Source: a virus
Taxonomy: Duplodnaviria; Caudoviricetes
Virus record (IMG/VR): IMGVR_UViG_2900588628_000001
Location: 1-64,000 of that record
Length of the DNA: 64,000 bases
Direction: 5' to 3' (one strand)
The position numbers and the translations under genes were made by a program. Positions 9,644 through 17,807 of this stretch are shown here, piece by piece; positions within the stretch are counted from its first letter, which is position 1; each line of letters starts with the position of its first letter. The notes under the pieces were generated by a model, which saw nothing but the letters and a program-made list of their open reading frames with translations, made no database searches and was not told where the DNA came from.

Positions 9644-12088
9644 TTAACCCGACAGTCCGCCCGTTGCGATCTGCGCGAGGCGGCGGTTACCCAAGTCCTG
9701 CCCGACGGCGCGATCATCGGCAACGCGGACCTCTAGCGGCTTGTCGCTGTTGACCGGGACCGGAATCGAGGCCTGTTGCGCGGGCGGCGCAGCGGGCGCG
9801 GCAGGCACGGCAGCGACGGGAATCGCGGGCGGTTTCGGCGCGGCGGCGGCGGCCGTTGTCGCGATGGGCGGCGGTGCCGCCTGCGCGACGGCCGTGCCGG
9901 TGCCAAGCGAAGGCGTAGCGCTGCCCTGCGCCAGATACTTGTCGTATTTTTCGTCACGCACGTCGAGCCCGTTGAGCCCGCCGTTGAGTTTCCGCGTCAC
10001 GGTCTTGACGTCGCCTGCGCGGGCAGCTTCCGAGAGTCCGCTTTTACTCTGCCAGTACCATGTCGCGAGCTGCGCCGCGACGGCCGGGTCCGCCGCGAGG
10101 TCCGGGTTATTCACAAGGTCGATGCCGAGCGCTTCGCCCGCCGCCTTATAGTTGGCCTTTCCGGTCAACTGCACGAAGCCACGGCCGCGATACTTGTACC
10201 CGTCGCCCGCTTCGGTGTTACCCATGCGCCCGCCGTAGACCTTGTTCGCGATGGCTTCCGGGCCGCCCGCTGCCGCCGCCTTGGCTTCGTCGTCGCTCTT
10301 GAAATACTTGCCGAACACCTTGCGCAGCGTCGCGGGTTTGTAGTTGAGGTTTTCCTCAAGGCTGCGGAAACCGCCGCTTTCGGTGTCCATCTGCGCCATA
10401 AACATCGCGCGCTCTTTCGGGTCGGTGATGCCCGCCTTATCGGCCGCCGACATGAGCGCGAGCTTGTTGCCCTTCGAGCCCTTGCCGAAAAGCCCCTTGC
10501 CCCAGTCGAGCGCGTTGCCTGCGGCCGTCGCGATGGGCGCGGCCATCTTGGTGACGCGCTCTTTGCCGTAGTCCACGGCGGCCTTGCCTGCATCGGCAGC
10601 GGCATCAACGCCTTTCTTCGCCGCGTCGATCACCGGCGCGGCGGCCTTCTTCGTCGCTTCGACGGCGGGCGCAACGACGTCCTTTGCCTTGCCGAGCAGC
10701 GCATCAATGTCCACGCCGAACTTGTCTTTCAGGAACGCCTTAGCGCCCGACACGATGGCCGTCCACGCGTCGCCGACGGTCTTTGCGACGCCTTCGAGCT
10801 TGTCGGTAACGGTCTTCCACGAGTCTTTAAAGAACCCGACTGTGTCATCCCATGCGCCGGTGATCTGCGCGCCGATCTTTGTCCAGTCGAGCGTAGCCAG
10901 CCAGCCGCCGACCAGTTCGCCGACCTTGTCGCCAACGACGCCGCCGATCATCGCACCAACAGGGCCGCCGATCAGGCCGACGGCACCGCCGACCAGCGCG
11001 CCGATACCGGACCCGGCACCCTTGAAACGGTCCTCGCGGTTTTCCTGCGCGGTCTTGTTCGGATCGTCGCCGCCCATGATCGAGGCGAGGGCAGAGCCGC
11101 CCGCGAACAGCGCGCCGAGCAGCGGCAGGCGCTTCAATCCGAACTTGCCGATTTTCATTGCACCGCCGAGCACGCTGCTCAACAGGCCGCCGCCCTTGCC
11201 AAGCAAACCGCCGCCCTTGCCGAGCAGGCCGGACAGTGCGCCGCCGATGCTGCCGAGCAGGCCGCCGCCGCTGCCTTTCTCACCGCCCGTCTTGTTGTCG
11301 ATCTCTTTGAGCGTGCGAGTCTGCACGAGCCCGAACTCGCCCTGTTGATCTTTCGATGACTTCAGGACGTTGAAAATCTTGCGATACCACGATACGGCCG
11401 TGTTTGCGCCGCCGCCAAAGGCACGCGTTACACCCGCCTTGGTGAGCTTGCCAACGGCCGCCAGCGGCGTGCCTACGAGCTTGTGCACCTCTTTCGCGGC
11501 CTCTACCGACGGGTCCACCTTGTCAAAATCGCCGACGTCCGGCAACCCGATTTTCGAGCCGAACCCGGTGAGCGATTTGAGGCGCGAGAGCAGGCCGAAA
11601 CCATCGCCGCCGCTGCGACGGCCGCCGCCACTACCGCCGCCGCTGCCGACGAAACGGCCGCTTGCGTCACGCTTCTGATCGCCGCGCGCGGCTGCTGCCG
11701 ACTCTGCCCGCTTCTCTGCGGCGCGGTCGCTTGCCTGCTTGCGCGTCATCGAATCGACGGCCTTGGCAACGTCCGTCAGTTGTCCAGGCGGCGAGGTCGC
11801 GCTCGCGCCGGGCAGGAACCGGCCGCCCGCGTCGCGCGCGCGAGACTTCGCGAGGGCAGAGCGCACGGCCGATGCTGCCGCCGCCGTGACACCGGCCGAC
11901 GGCCCCGCGAGCGCGGCGCGCGCCGGGCTCGATACCCGTTGCTGGCGCATCAACGATGCCCGACTACCCGATTTGAGCAGCGAGAGAATCGCGCTCGTGT
12001 CGGAATGCACGGCATCAATGCCGGATGCGAGCGAGGCCGTGTCGAGCGGCGCGTCCGCGATCAGAAAGCCTTTCGAATCGGTTTTCAT
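9644..12088 (-). CDS. Tape measure protein with GH19 (lysozyme/chitinase) domain
   Basis: Start MKTDSKG at 12088; G/A-rich body, RDxxGRF motifs; FMAQMDTESGGF, YRGRGFVQLTGKANY and LNGGLNGL are GH19 motifs. Confidence 0.85.
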   Translation of the reverse strand: MKTDSKGFLIADAPLDTASLASGIDAVHSDTSAILSLLKSGSRASLMRQQRVSSPARAALAGPSAGVTAAAASAVRSALAKSRARDAGGRFLPGASATSPPGQLTDVAKAVDSMTRKQASDRAAEKRAESAAAARGDQKRDASGRFVGSGGGSGGGRRSGGDGFGLLSRLKSLTGFGSKIGLPDVGDFDKVDPSVEAAKEVHKLVGTPLAAVGKLTKAGVTRAFGGGANTAVSWYRKIFNVLKSSKDQQGEFGLVQTRTLKEIDNKTGGEKGSGGGLLGSIGGALSGLLGKGGGLLGKGGGLLSSVLGGAMKIGKFGLKRLPLLGALFAGGSALASIMGGDDPNKTAQENREDRFKGAGSGIGALVGGAVGLIGGPVGAMIGGVVGDKVGELVGGWLATLDWTKIGAQITGAWDDTVGFFKDSWKTVTDKLEGVAKTVGDAWTAIVSGAKAFLKDKFGVDIDALLGKAKDVVAPAVEATKKAAAPVIDAAKKGVDAAADAGKAAVDYGKERVTKMAAPIATAAGNALDWGKGLFGKGSKGNKLALMSAADKAGITDPKERAMFMAQMDTESGGFRSLEENLNYKPATLRKVFGKYFKSDDEAKAAAAGGPEAIANKVYGGRMGNTEAGDGYKYRGRGFVQLTGKANYKAAGEALGIDLVNNPDLAADPAVAAQLATWYWQSKSGLSEAARAGDVKTVTRKLNGGLNGLDVRDEKYDKYLAQGSATPSLGTGTAVAQAAPPPIATTAAAAAPKPPAIPVAAVPAAPAAPPAQQASIPVPVNSDKPLEVRVADDRAVGQDLGNRRLAQIATGGLSG

Positions 12089-12090
12089 CG

Positions 12091-13023
12091 TCAAGGGTTG
12101 TACATGAAGGTATCGAACTGCGTGAACGACAACTGGATTTCCTGCAGGCCGTCCTCGCCGCGATTCATTTCGGTTTCGAGCGTGCCGGGCCGCATCACCC
12201 ATTTGCGTTCGAGCCCGCCAAAGCGCTGCATCACCGTGTCATTGACGGCCGCCTGTAGCAGGCGCACCTGTACGAGGTAATCGGCCGGAACGCCGAACGT
12301 GCCATCGTTGTGCGCCATGCCGTCAAACCGGGTTTCAAACCAGCGCTGGATAGAGCCGTAGGCGTCATCGAACGTGGTGATGCGCATTTCCGTGCGACTG
12401 CTGCCGTGCACGCTGTCCATCTGCGCGGAACCAACGTTGATCGCATCGGCCTCTGCTGTGCACGGCCCGATAGACACGCTCGTTGCGAACAGGTTGAACA
12501 GGCCTGAGGTTTTGCCCGCGACACCGTTACCGGGATAGAAGTCCAGAATTTCGAGAAAAAAGAGGTTCTTTTTCGCGTAGTTCGTGCTCTGCATTTCCTG
12601 AATGATCTGCCGCGCTTCGAGCGGCGTAATGCCGCCGAGCAGCGGATTGGCCGTTGCCTCAAACAGGAGTTGCGTCGCGGTGTCGCTCGTGAGCGCGTTG
12701 TTGATCCGCTTGCCAAGTGCCGTTTGGCCGAACGCATCGAGCCCCGCGCCGAGCAGGTCACCGCGCAGCGCTTTCGACAGCGCGCCCGATGCCTGAGGCG
12801 CGAGCTTGCCGACCGCGTTTTTAACCAGTGCCGTGCCTGCGCCGCCCACGGAAAAGCCGCCCACATTCAGGCTGTTAAGCCCGTTGAGCGCGCTGTTGAC
12901 GTTGTCGAGCAGACCACCAGAGCCGGTGCTGCCGCCAAGCTGCGGGCGTTGGTTGATGTCATCAAAGCGCGACGAATTGGACCCTGCGCCCAGGTCGCGC
13001 GCGACCGCGTCAAAGATCGACAT
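12091..13023 (-). CDS. Tail/baseplate tube-fold protein (P1 Tub/PmgG-like)
   Basis: 310 aa between portal and tape measure; C-terminal half has a tube-like pattern (ITTFDD..GSIQRWF, DGTFGVPADY). Confidence 0.5.
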   Translation of the reverse strand: MSIFDAVARDLGAGSNSSRFDDINQRPQLGGSTGSGGLLDNVNSALNGLNSLNVGGFSVGGAGTALVKNAVGKLAPQASGALSKALRGDLLGAGLDAFGQTALGKRINNALTSDTATQLLFEATANPLLGGITPLEARQIIQEMQSTNYAKKNLFFLEILDFYPGNGVAGKTSGLFNLFATSVSIGPCTAEADAINVGSAQMDSVHGSSRTEMRITTFDDAYGSIQRWFETRFDGMAHNDGTFGVPADYLVQVRLLQAAVNDTVMQRFGGLERKWVMRPGTLETEMNRGEDGLQEIQLSFTQFDTFMYNP

Positions 13024-14618
13024 TATTCGTCCTCGCCAGTGTCCGCCGCGCCGGTCTTGCCGCCGCCGCGCCCGCCGAATCCACCACCACCACCGCCGCC
13101 GTCATCGGGCGTCTCTTTCGGCATGCCCTTAACGATGAGCTTCGCCTGATCTTCATCGAGCAGCGCGATTTTCACGAGGATTTCAGTCAGTGCCTTGTCA
13201 TCAAGCCCAAGTTCGCGCAACTGCTGCAGCATCTGAACGAGCAGCAAGCCGGTATTCATGGCTTCCGTTTTCGTCTTCTGCCGCTCGCTTTCGAGTGCGC
13301 TGATTGTGCCGTAGAAGTTGACGTGCCACGGCCGCTCATCCGGCTCGAAAATGACGCCGTACTTTGCTTCCGTGTGGATGTTGATGATGTGATTGAAAAA
13401 GTCCGTGAGGCCAACACGGATGAGCCGCGAGCGTTCGGCCGCCTGCGCCGACGTGCGGAAAAAGCCGCCATCGCCCAGGCCGCCCGACAGCAGTTCGGAA
13501 AAGCCGAGCATCGAGAGGTCGCTGCCGATTGCGCCGGACAGCAGCTTGGCGTGAAAGAGCACGTCCTCAATGCTGATCGAGCCGGCCGGGCCACGGCCGC
13601 CGCCGTTCGTGAGCGAGCCGTTGATCGCCGTGAGTTGCTTCTCATCGGTGACCGGGATGATGTTGTACACCCGTTCGAGCACCGGCTTACCGCTCTAGAT
13701 GGCGGCCTCTGCGCGGGCCTTGCTCGCGCGCAACACGTTTTTGATGTTCGTCATAAACGTGGTGCGCTGCTCTTTCGTCATGCCCTGCTGATTGACGGTC
13801 ATCATGCTTTCGTCAATCGAATCGAGCACGCGCTGTCCAACGCGGCCGACCAGCGCGGCCGATAGCTGATCGTATGGCGATTCTGCAGCGTCGAGGAAAC
13901 TGCCGCCGATCAGCGAGGGCATGAGCGGCAACAGGTGCAGGTTGTCCTCGCTCAGGTGCACGCGGATAGCTTTTTCCATCGCGCGCACCTGCGGGATATA
14001 CACCATGCGCGGCATTTTCATGCGCGCCATCTGAAAGAGGTTAAGCCGTTCGGTTGCCTTCGCGCCGCTCGCCACAACAAAGCCGACGGTCGTATTGCCG
14101 CGTTCGTATGCGGTCACCATCGACGGGTGCACGAGTTCATCGACATAGACGTCCACCACGCCGCGCTTGCCTTCCGTATAGACGCGCCCGTAGGCGTCGC
14201 CATAGCCTGCGCCGTTGAATCCGACGGTGTACGCAATACGGTTGAAAATGCTGGAGAGGTCTTTCGCGATTTCGGCCGCGATCTTTTCTTTCTGCTTGTT
14301 GCCCTTGGCGGTCGGTGCCGTCTCGATAAAGACAACGTCGCCCGACGTCTCGTGACCGCCCAGGGCGGCCGTGACGTGCAGGCGCAGCGCGGTCGAAATG
14401 ATCGGGTCGCCGATCATTTCAATCCACTTGAGGTAAATCTGCATCCGGTTGCGCGCGACGCGCTTGCCGGTGCCGAGCAGCATCGAGATAGTCAGCCCGT
14501 CCGTGAGGGCGTCCGATTGCTCAGTTTGCGAAATGGCGTTATTGCTGCCTGCGCGAGTCGGGAGAACCCGCGACAGAAAGCGTTTGGCCTTGCTGGACAA
14601 TTCAGAAGTCGTTTGCAT
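13023..14618 (-). pseudogene. Portal protein (P1 Prt-like) interrupted by one in-frame TAG at 13695-13697
   Basis: Track ORFs 13695..14618 and 13023..13682 share a frame (...AEAAI*SGKPVLERVYNII...); joined about 531 aa; DPIISTALRLHV and IEDVLFH portal motifs. Confidence 0.75.
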
Positions 14619-14645
14619 GGCATGGGCGATATGAGAACAGCGTCC

Positions 14646-14688
14646 ATTGTTGACGCTGATTTTTCACCCGCCCGCCTGCGTTTTCCTC
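14646..14688 (-). promoter_or_regulatory. Late promoter for the portal operon (variant box GAGGAAAA)
   Basis: GAGGAAAA (14688-14681), N29, AACAAT. Confidence 0.6.
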
Positions 14689-14705
14689 GCGTGCCGCCCA
14701 AAGAG

Positions 14706-14739
14706 AAAAGCCCCTGCGACGCTTATCGCAGGGGCTTTT
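14706..14739. terminator. Bidirectional intrinsic terminator
   Basis: AAAAGCCCCTGCGA / TCGCAGGGGCTTTT inverted repeat. Confidence 0.8.
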
Positions 14740-14885
14740 CGAGAGCACAACAATGGATCAAACGCTAAACCCTTTCCGGGGTATGCCGATTCTGGCCGTT
14801 CGGCATATCGAGGCGGACCACCACAGTCACGACACGACGGGCAAACTATAACGCGTGCCCTTTGTGTAGGGAAGGGCCGCCTGCG

Positions 14886-15107
14886 TTAATGCAACACGCC
14901 GTATTCAATGATCTGCTCGATGGTCTGAAGTCGGCAAACCATCAGGTAGGGCAGCGCCCACGCGTTGCCGTCGGTTACGCGCAGGCAGACATGAGAGCCG
15001 AACGTCAATTCAAGTGACCGGCTATGCCCGGCCTTCTGCATCAAAAACAGGGTTTCGCGTTCCGACAGGGGGATTCGTTTTTCACGCGCAGGTTTGGTGT
15101 TCATCAT
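14886..15107 (-). CDS. Hypothetical protein
   Basis: 73 aa, ATGA-coupled to the upstream gene. Confidence 0.55.
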   Translation of the reverse strand: MMNTKPAREKRIPLSERETLFLMQKAGHSRSLELTFGSHVCLRVTDGNAWALPYLMVCRLQTIEQIIEYGVLH

Positions 15108-15580
15108 TCGCCTTTGCTCGCGGGCGGTTGTCCTTCGCTGACAGGCAAAACGTGAACATCAAGAAAAATCTTGCTGAAACCTCCGACGGCGCGGTGCGCC
15201 GCGTTCTCGGACATTGACCATTGCAGCACCGTGAGCGGGCCGGTGTCGCCGTCGCCGAGTGCGGCGAGTTCGCTTGCGATAGTCGCATCGGCATACGCCT
15301 GCGCATCCGCGTATGCGTCGAGAGTCTCGCGAACACCGTCGATGTTTTTCTGCGTCACCTTGGCGTATCCACCGGGCGGTACTTCGCCGACAGGCGTTGC
15401 CGCGACGAGTGCCCACCATGCGTAATTCTCCATGTGGTAGCCATGCTTCGATCTGACGGCCTTGCGCTCGCGCACATTGTCACGGCGGCCGACGACGACA
15501 TGCGTGTAAGGTCGCTCGCTCGTGCGCGTCGCGGTGATGCCGTCGGCGGTCGTGAATGTGAATTTTGTTTTCTTAGCCAT
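15104..15580 (-). CDS. Hypothetical early protein (MAKKTKFTFTTADG..TRTSERPYTHVVV)
   Basis: Likely start ATG 15580; part of a leftward early operon. Confidence 0.6.
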   Translation of the reverse strand: MAKKTKFTFTTADGITATRTSERPYTHVVVGRRDNVRERKAVRSKHGYHMENYAWWALVAATPVGEVPPGGYAKVTQKNIDGVRETLDAYADAQAYADATIASELAALGDGDTGPLTVLQWSMSENAAHRAVGGFSKIFLDVHVLPVSEGQPPASKGE

Positions 15581-15620
15581 GATGGGTGCGATTATGCCCG
15601 CGCGATGCGGGCGGGTTATT

Positions 15621-15881
15621 TTAGCTGCCGTAACCGGGAGACAGGCAACGTTCGGCGCGGCGCTCTGCGCACACGTCGGCGGCGGCCTGCCAATCCATGT
15701 CAATCTCTGCTGCTGCGTCCTCAGGCGTGCCACCGTCGCGGAAAATGTCGTCGCAAGTGCCTTCCTCATCCGACCCGTCGAGAATGTCGCAATCGAGGAT
15801 TCTCTCTACAGTACGAACAAAGCGTTCGTAATTGCGGTCGCTCGCCGCTTCTGCGCGGGCCATCGTTGCCATGTTTTCCAT
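15621..15881 (-). CDS. Small acidic hypothetical protein
   Basis: AGGGAG RBS before ATG 15881. Confidence 0.55.
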   Translation of the reverse strand: MENMATMARAEAASDRNYERFVRTVERILDCDILDGSDEEGTCDDIFRDGGTPEDAAAEIDMDWQAAADVCAERRAERCLSPGYGS

Positions 15882-15925
15882 GCCGTGCTCCCTACGTTGT
15901 TGGCCCGCCTTAGCGGGCGCGGAGG

Positions 15926-16291
15926 TTACTGGGAAATCCAGAGAGTGCGCTTTTTGAAGTCCGCCATAGTCTTGCGGTCCCACCCGTTGCTCTCAGTCAC
16001 GTAGCAGCGAAAGCGTGCGCCTTTTTCAACCATCGTATCGCTCAGGCCGTTACGCGCGAGGTTGAGCGCGTCGCTCTGCGTGACTGGAACCGACCCGGTA
16101 ATGCCGTCACGGTAGTAGTGTTCTTCGTCGCCCTCGATGCGGGCGTCGAGCCTGATCCCGACGAGGATGCTAAAGCCGCGTTCCTTGAACTTCACTACCT
16201 GCGCAAGTTCCGCAGGCGTCAGAAGTTTTGCGGTCGAAAAGTCATTACCTTGCACGGTCATCGCCGCGATCAGTTCTTTTGCCGTTGCCAT
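15926..16291 (-). CDS. Hypothetical early protein
   Basis: 121 aa, first gene behind the operator-containing promoter at 16323-16351. Confidence 0.65.
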   Translation of the reverse strand: MATAKELIAAMTVQGNDFSTAKLLTPAELAQVVKFKERGFSILVGIRLDARIEGDEEHYYRDGITGSVPVTQSDALNLARNGLSDTMVEKGARFRCYVTESNGWDRKTMADFKKRTLWISQ

Positions 16292-16322
16292 TGTTGTGCC
16301 CGTCTCGTGTGGTGGAGACTCA

Positions 16323-16351
16323 ATAGTATGTTGTCACGTTTCATTGTGCAA
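16323..16351 (-). promoter_or_regulatory. Early sigma70 promoter with operator GTGACAACATAC
   Basis: TTGCAC-N17-TACTAT on - strand; operator at 16337-16326. Confidence 0.75.
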
Positions 16352-16384
16352 GCGATATTTTTACACACGCGATACACATTTTTC

Positions 16385-16417
16385 TTGTGTTCTTCGTCGG
16401 TGTGTATAGAATACACA
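16385..16417 (+). promoter_or_regulatory. hicAB promoter with palindromic (probably HicB) operator
   Basis: TTGTGT-N16-TAGAAT overlapped by palindrome TGTGTAT-AGA-ATACACA (16401-16417). Confidence 0.55.
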
Positions 16418-16436
16418 TTCAGCACTCGGAGACAAC

Positions 16437-16622
16437 ATGGATTCAAGAACATTGATTCGATTGCTGGAAGCGGACGGGTGGACGTTGGTAAGGGTGAAAG
16501 GCAGTCATCACCACTACCGGCACCCGACGAAGCCGGGCACAACGACGGTGAAGCATCCCGATAAAGACATACCGATTGGGACACTTAAAAGCATCGAGCG
16601 TCAGTCAGGCATGAAGTTCTGA
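16437..16622 (+). CDS. hicA: HicA family toxin (mRNA interferase)
   Basis: 61 aa; LEADGW..VRVKGSHHHYRHP..G..TV.HP.KDIPIGTLKSI. Confidence 0.95.
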   Translation: MDSRTLIRLLEADGWTLVRVKGSHHHYRHPTKPGTTTVKHPDKDIPIGTLKSIERQSGMKF

Positions 16623-16626
16623 TGTA

Positions 16627-16659
16627 CCGCCGGGCAGTAGCAAAGCCCGGCGGGTTTTT
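16627..16659 (+). terminator. Terminator-like hairpin between hicA and hicB
   Basis: CCGCCGGGC / GCCCGGCGG stem followed by GTTTTT. Confidence 0.55.
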
Positions 16660-16679
16660 CACATACCTGGAGTGAAGCC

Positions 16680-17093
16680 GTGAAATTTCCTATCGCAATC
16701 CACAAAGATCCCGGCAGTAGCTACGGCGTGACGGTGCCCGATTTTCCGGGTTGCTTTTCGAGTGGCGACAGCATCGAGCAGGCGATTGAGAGCACGCTGG
16801 AAGCAATCGAGGGATGGGTTGAGGTGTCCATCGAATCGGGCGACGAAGTGAAGTTCGAGCCAACGCCGGTCGAGCAGTTGCGCGATAACCCGGACTATGC
16901 GGGCGCGATTTGGGCGATGGTCGATGTTGATCCGACGAAGTTCGACACGAAGCCTGAGCGCGTCAATATCAGCGTGCCGCGTTTCGTGCTCGTGCAGATT
17001 GATGCCTATGCGGAAAGCCACAAGGAAACCCGTAGCGGCTTTCTTGTGCGCGCTGCGCTCGAAAAGATGCGCGAGGGAGAGGCGCATGCCTAA
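16680..17093 (+). CDS. hicB: HicB family antitoxin with C-terminal RHH domain
   Basis: YGVTVPDFPGCFSSGD..EQA and RVNISVP...ID.YA...ETRSGFL. Confidence 0.95.
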   Translation: MKFPIAIHKDPGSSYGVTVPDFPGCFSSGDSIEQAIESTLEAIEGWVEVSIESGDEVKFEPTPVEQLRDNPDYAGAIWAMVDVDPTKFDTKPERVNISVPRFVLVQIDAYAESHKETRSGFLVRAALEKMREGEAHA

Positions 17094-17343
17094 GTCCACC
17101 GCCGATTTTAGACCTCGCACGAAGTATGGCGACAGGGCGGAGGTTGTCGGATGGGCAACCGATGACCCGAACACCTTCAAGGTAATCGCTGAAATCGTGA
17201 GCGACGGCAAGCCTACCGGGCTTCTGTTTTCAGGCGAGGGCACGAGCACGCCGAATGCCTGGGCGAAGGTGAAAGCGGAGGCGCTATCGTCGTTGTACAG
17301 CGGGGCAGGCCGCGAGCTTTTGATGCAAAAAAACCCCGCCTGA
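17086..17343 (+). CDS. Hypothetical protein following hicB
   Basis: ATG 17086 with GGAGAGG RBS overlapping the end of hicB; 85 aa. Confidence 0.5.
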   Translation: MPKSTADFRPRTKYGDRAEVVGWATDDPNTFKVIAEIVSDGKPTGLLFSGEGTSTPNAWAKVKAEALSSLYSGAGRELLMQKNPA

Positions 17344-17354
17344 GCGGGGTTTTT
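17327..17354. terminator. Bidirectional terminator between convergent hicAB and darB-ulx operons
   Basis: A7-CCCCGC-CTGA-GCGGGG-T5. Confidence 0.85.
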
Positions 17355-17369
17355 CCGTAGCAGCGGGCC

Positions 17370-17762
17370 TTACTTCGGCTCTGCCTGATCCGGGTCGTAC
17401 AGCAGAAAGTCAATGCCATCGAGGTCGTACTCATTCGATTGCACGCCGAACTGGCCCATGTTGTCGTCAGCAAACTCCCATGCCGCGATCAGTGTCAGTT
17501 CGGGCGTCTCACACGCGAACTCATCGGCCCAAATGGGCTCATCGGTTTCGCCAACGCCGATATCGTTCGCGCGCAACACGCGCTTGACCGCCCACCAGTA
17601 CGGGCCATAGCGCAGGTACGCGGAGCGGTCGTGATTGAGCACCTTTGCCGTCTGCGCGACGAAAACGGGCAATAGCGGCTTTCCCTCGCCGACCTGTGCC
17701 TGATATTCGGCGAGCTTCGCGGCGAGGTATGCCGGGTCGATCTTGAATGCCGTGATAGTCAT
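17370..17762 (-). CDS. ulx: Ulx-like Dar accessory protein
   Basis: YLRYGPYWWAVKRVL and PELTLIAA resemble P1 Ulx as I recall it; immediately downstream of darB as in P1. Confidence 0.7.
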   Translation of the reverse strand: MTITAFKIDPAYLAAKLAEYQAQVGEGKPLLPVFVAQTAKVLNHDRSAYLRYGPYWWAVKRVLRANDIGVGETDEPIWADEFACETPELTLIAAWEFADDNMGQFGVQSNEYDLDGIDFLLYDPDQAEPK

Positions 17763-17807
17763 GTTGTCCCTTGTTGCCGCCGCCCCTTGCGAGGCGGCGG
17801 CGCATCA

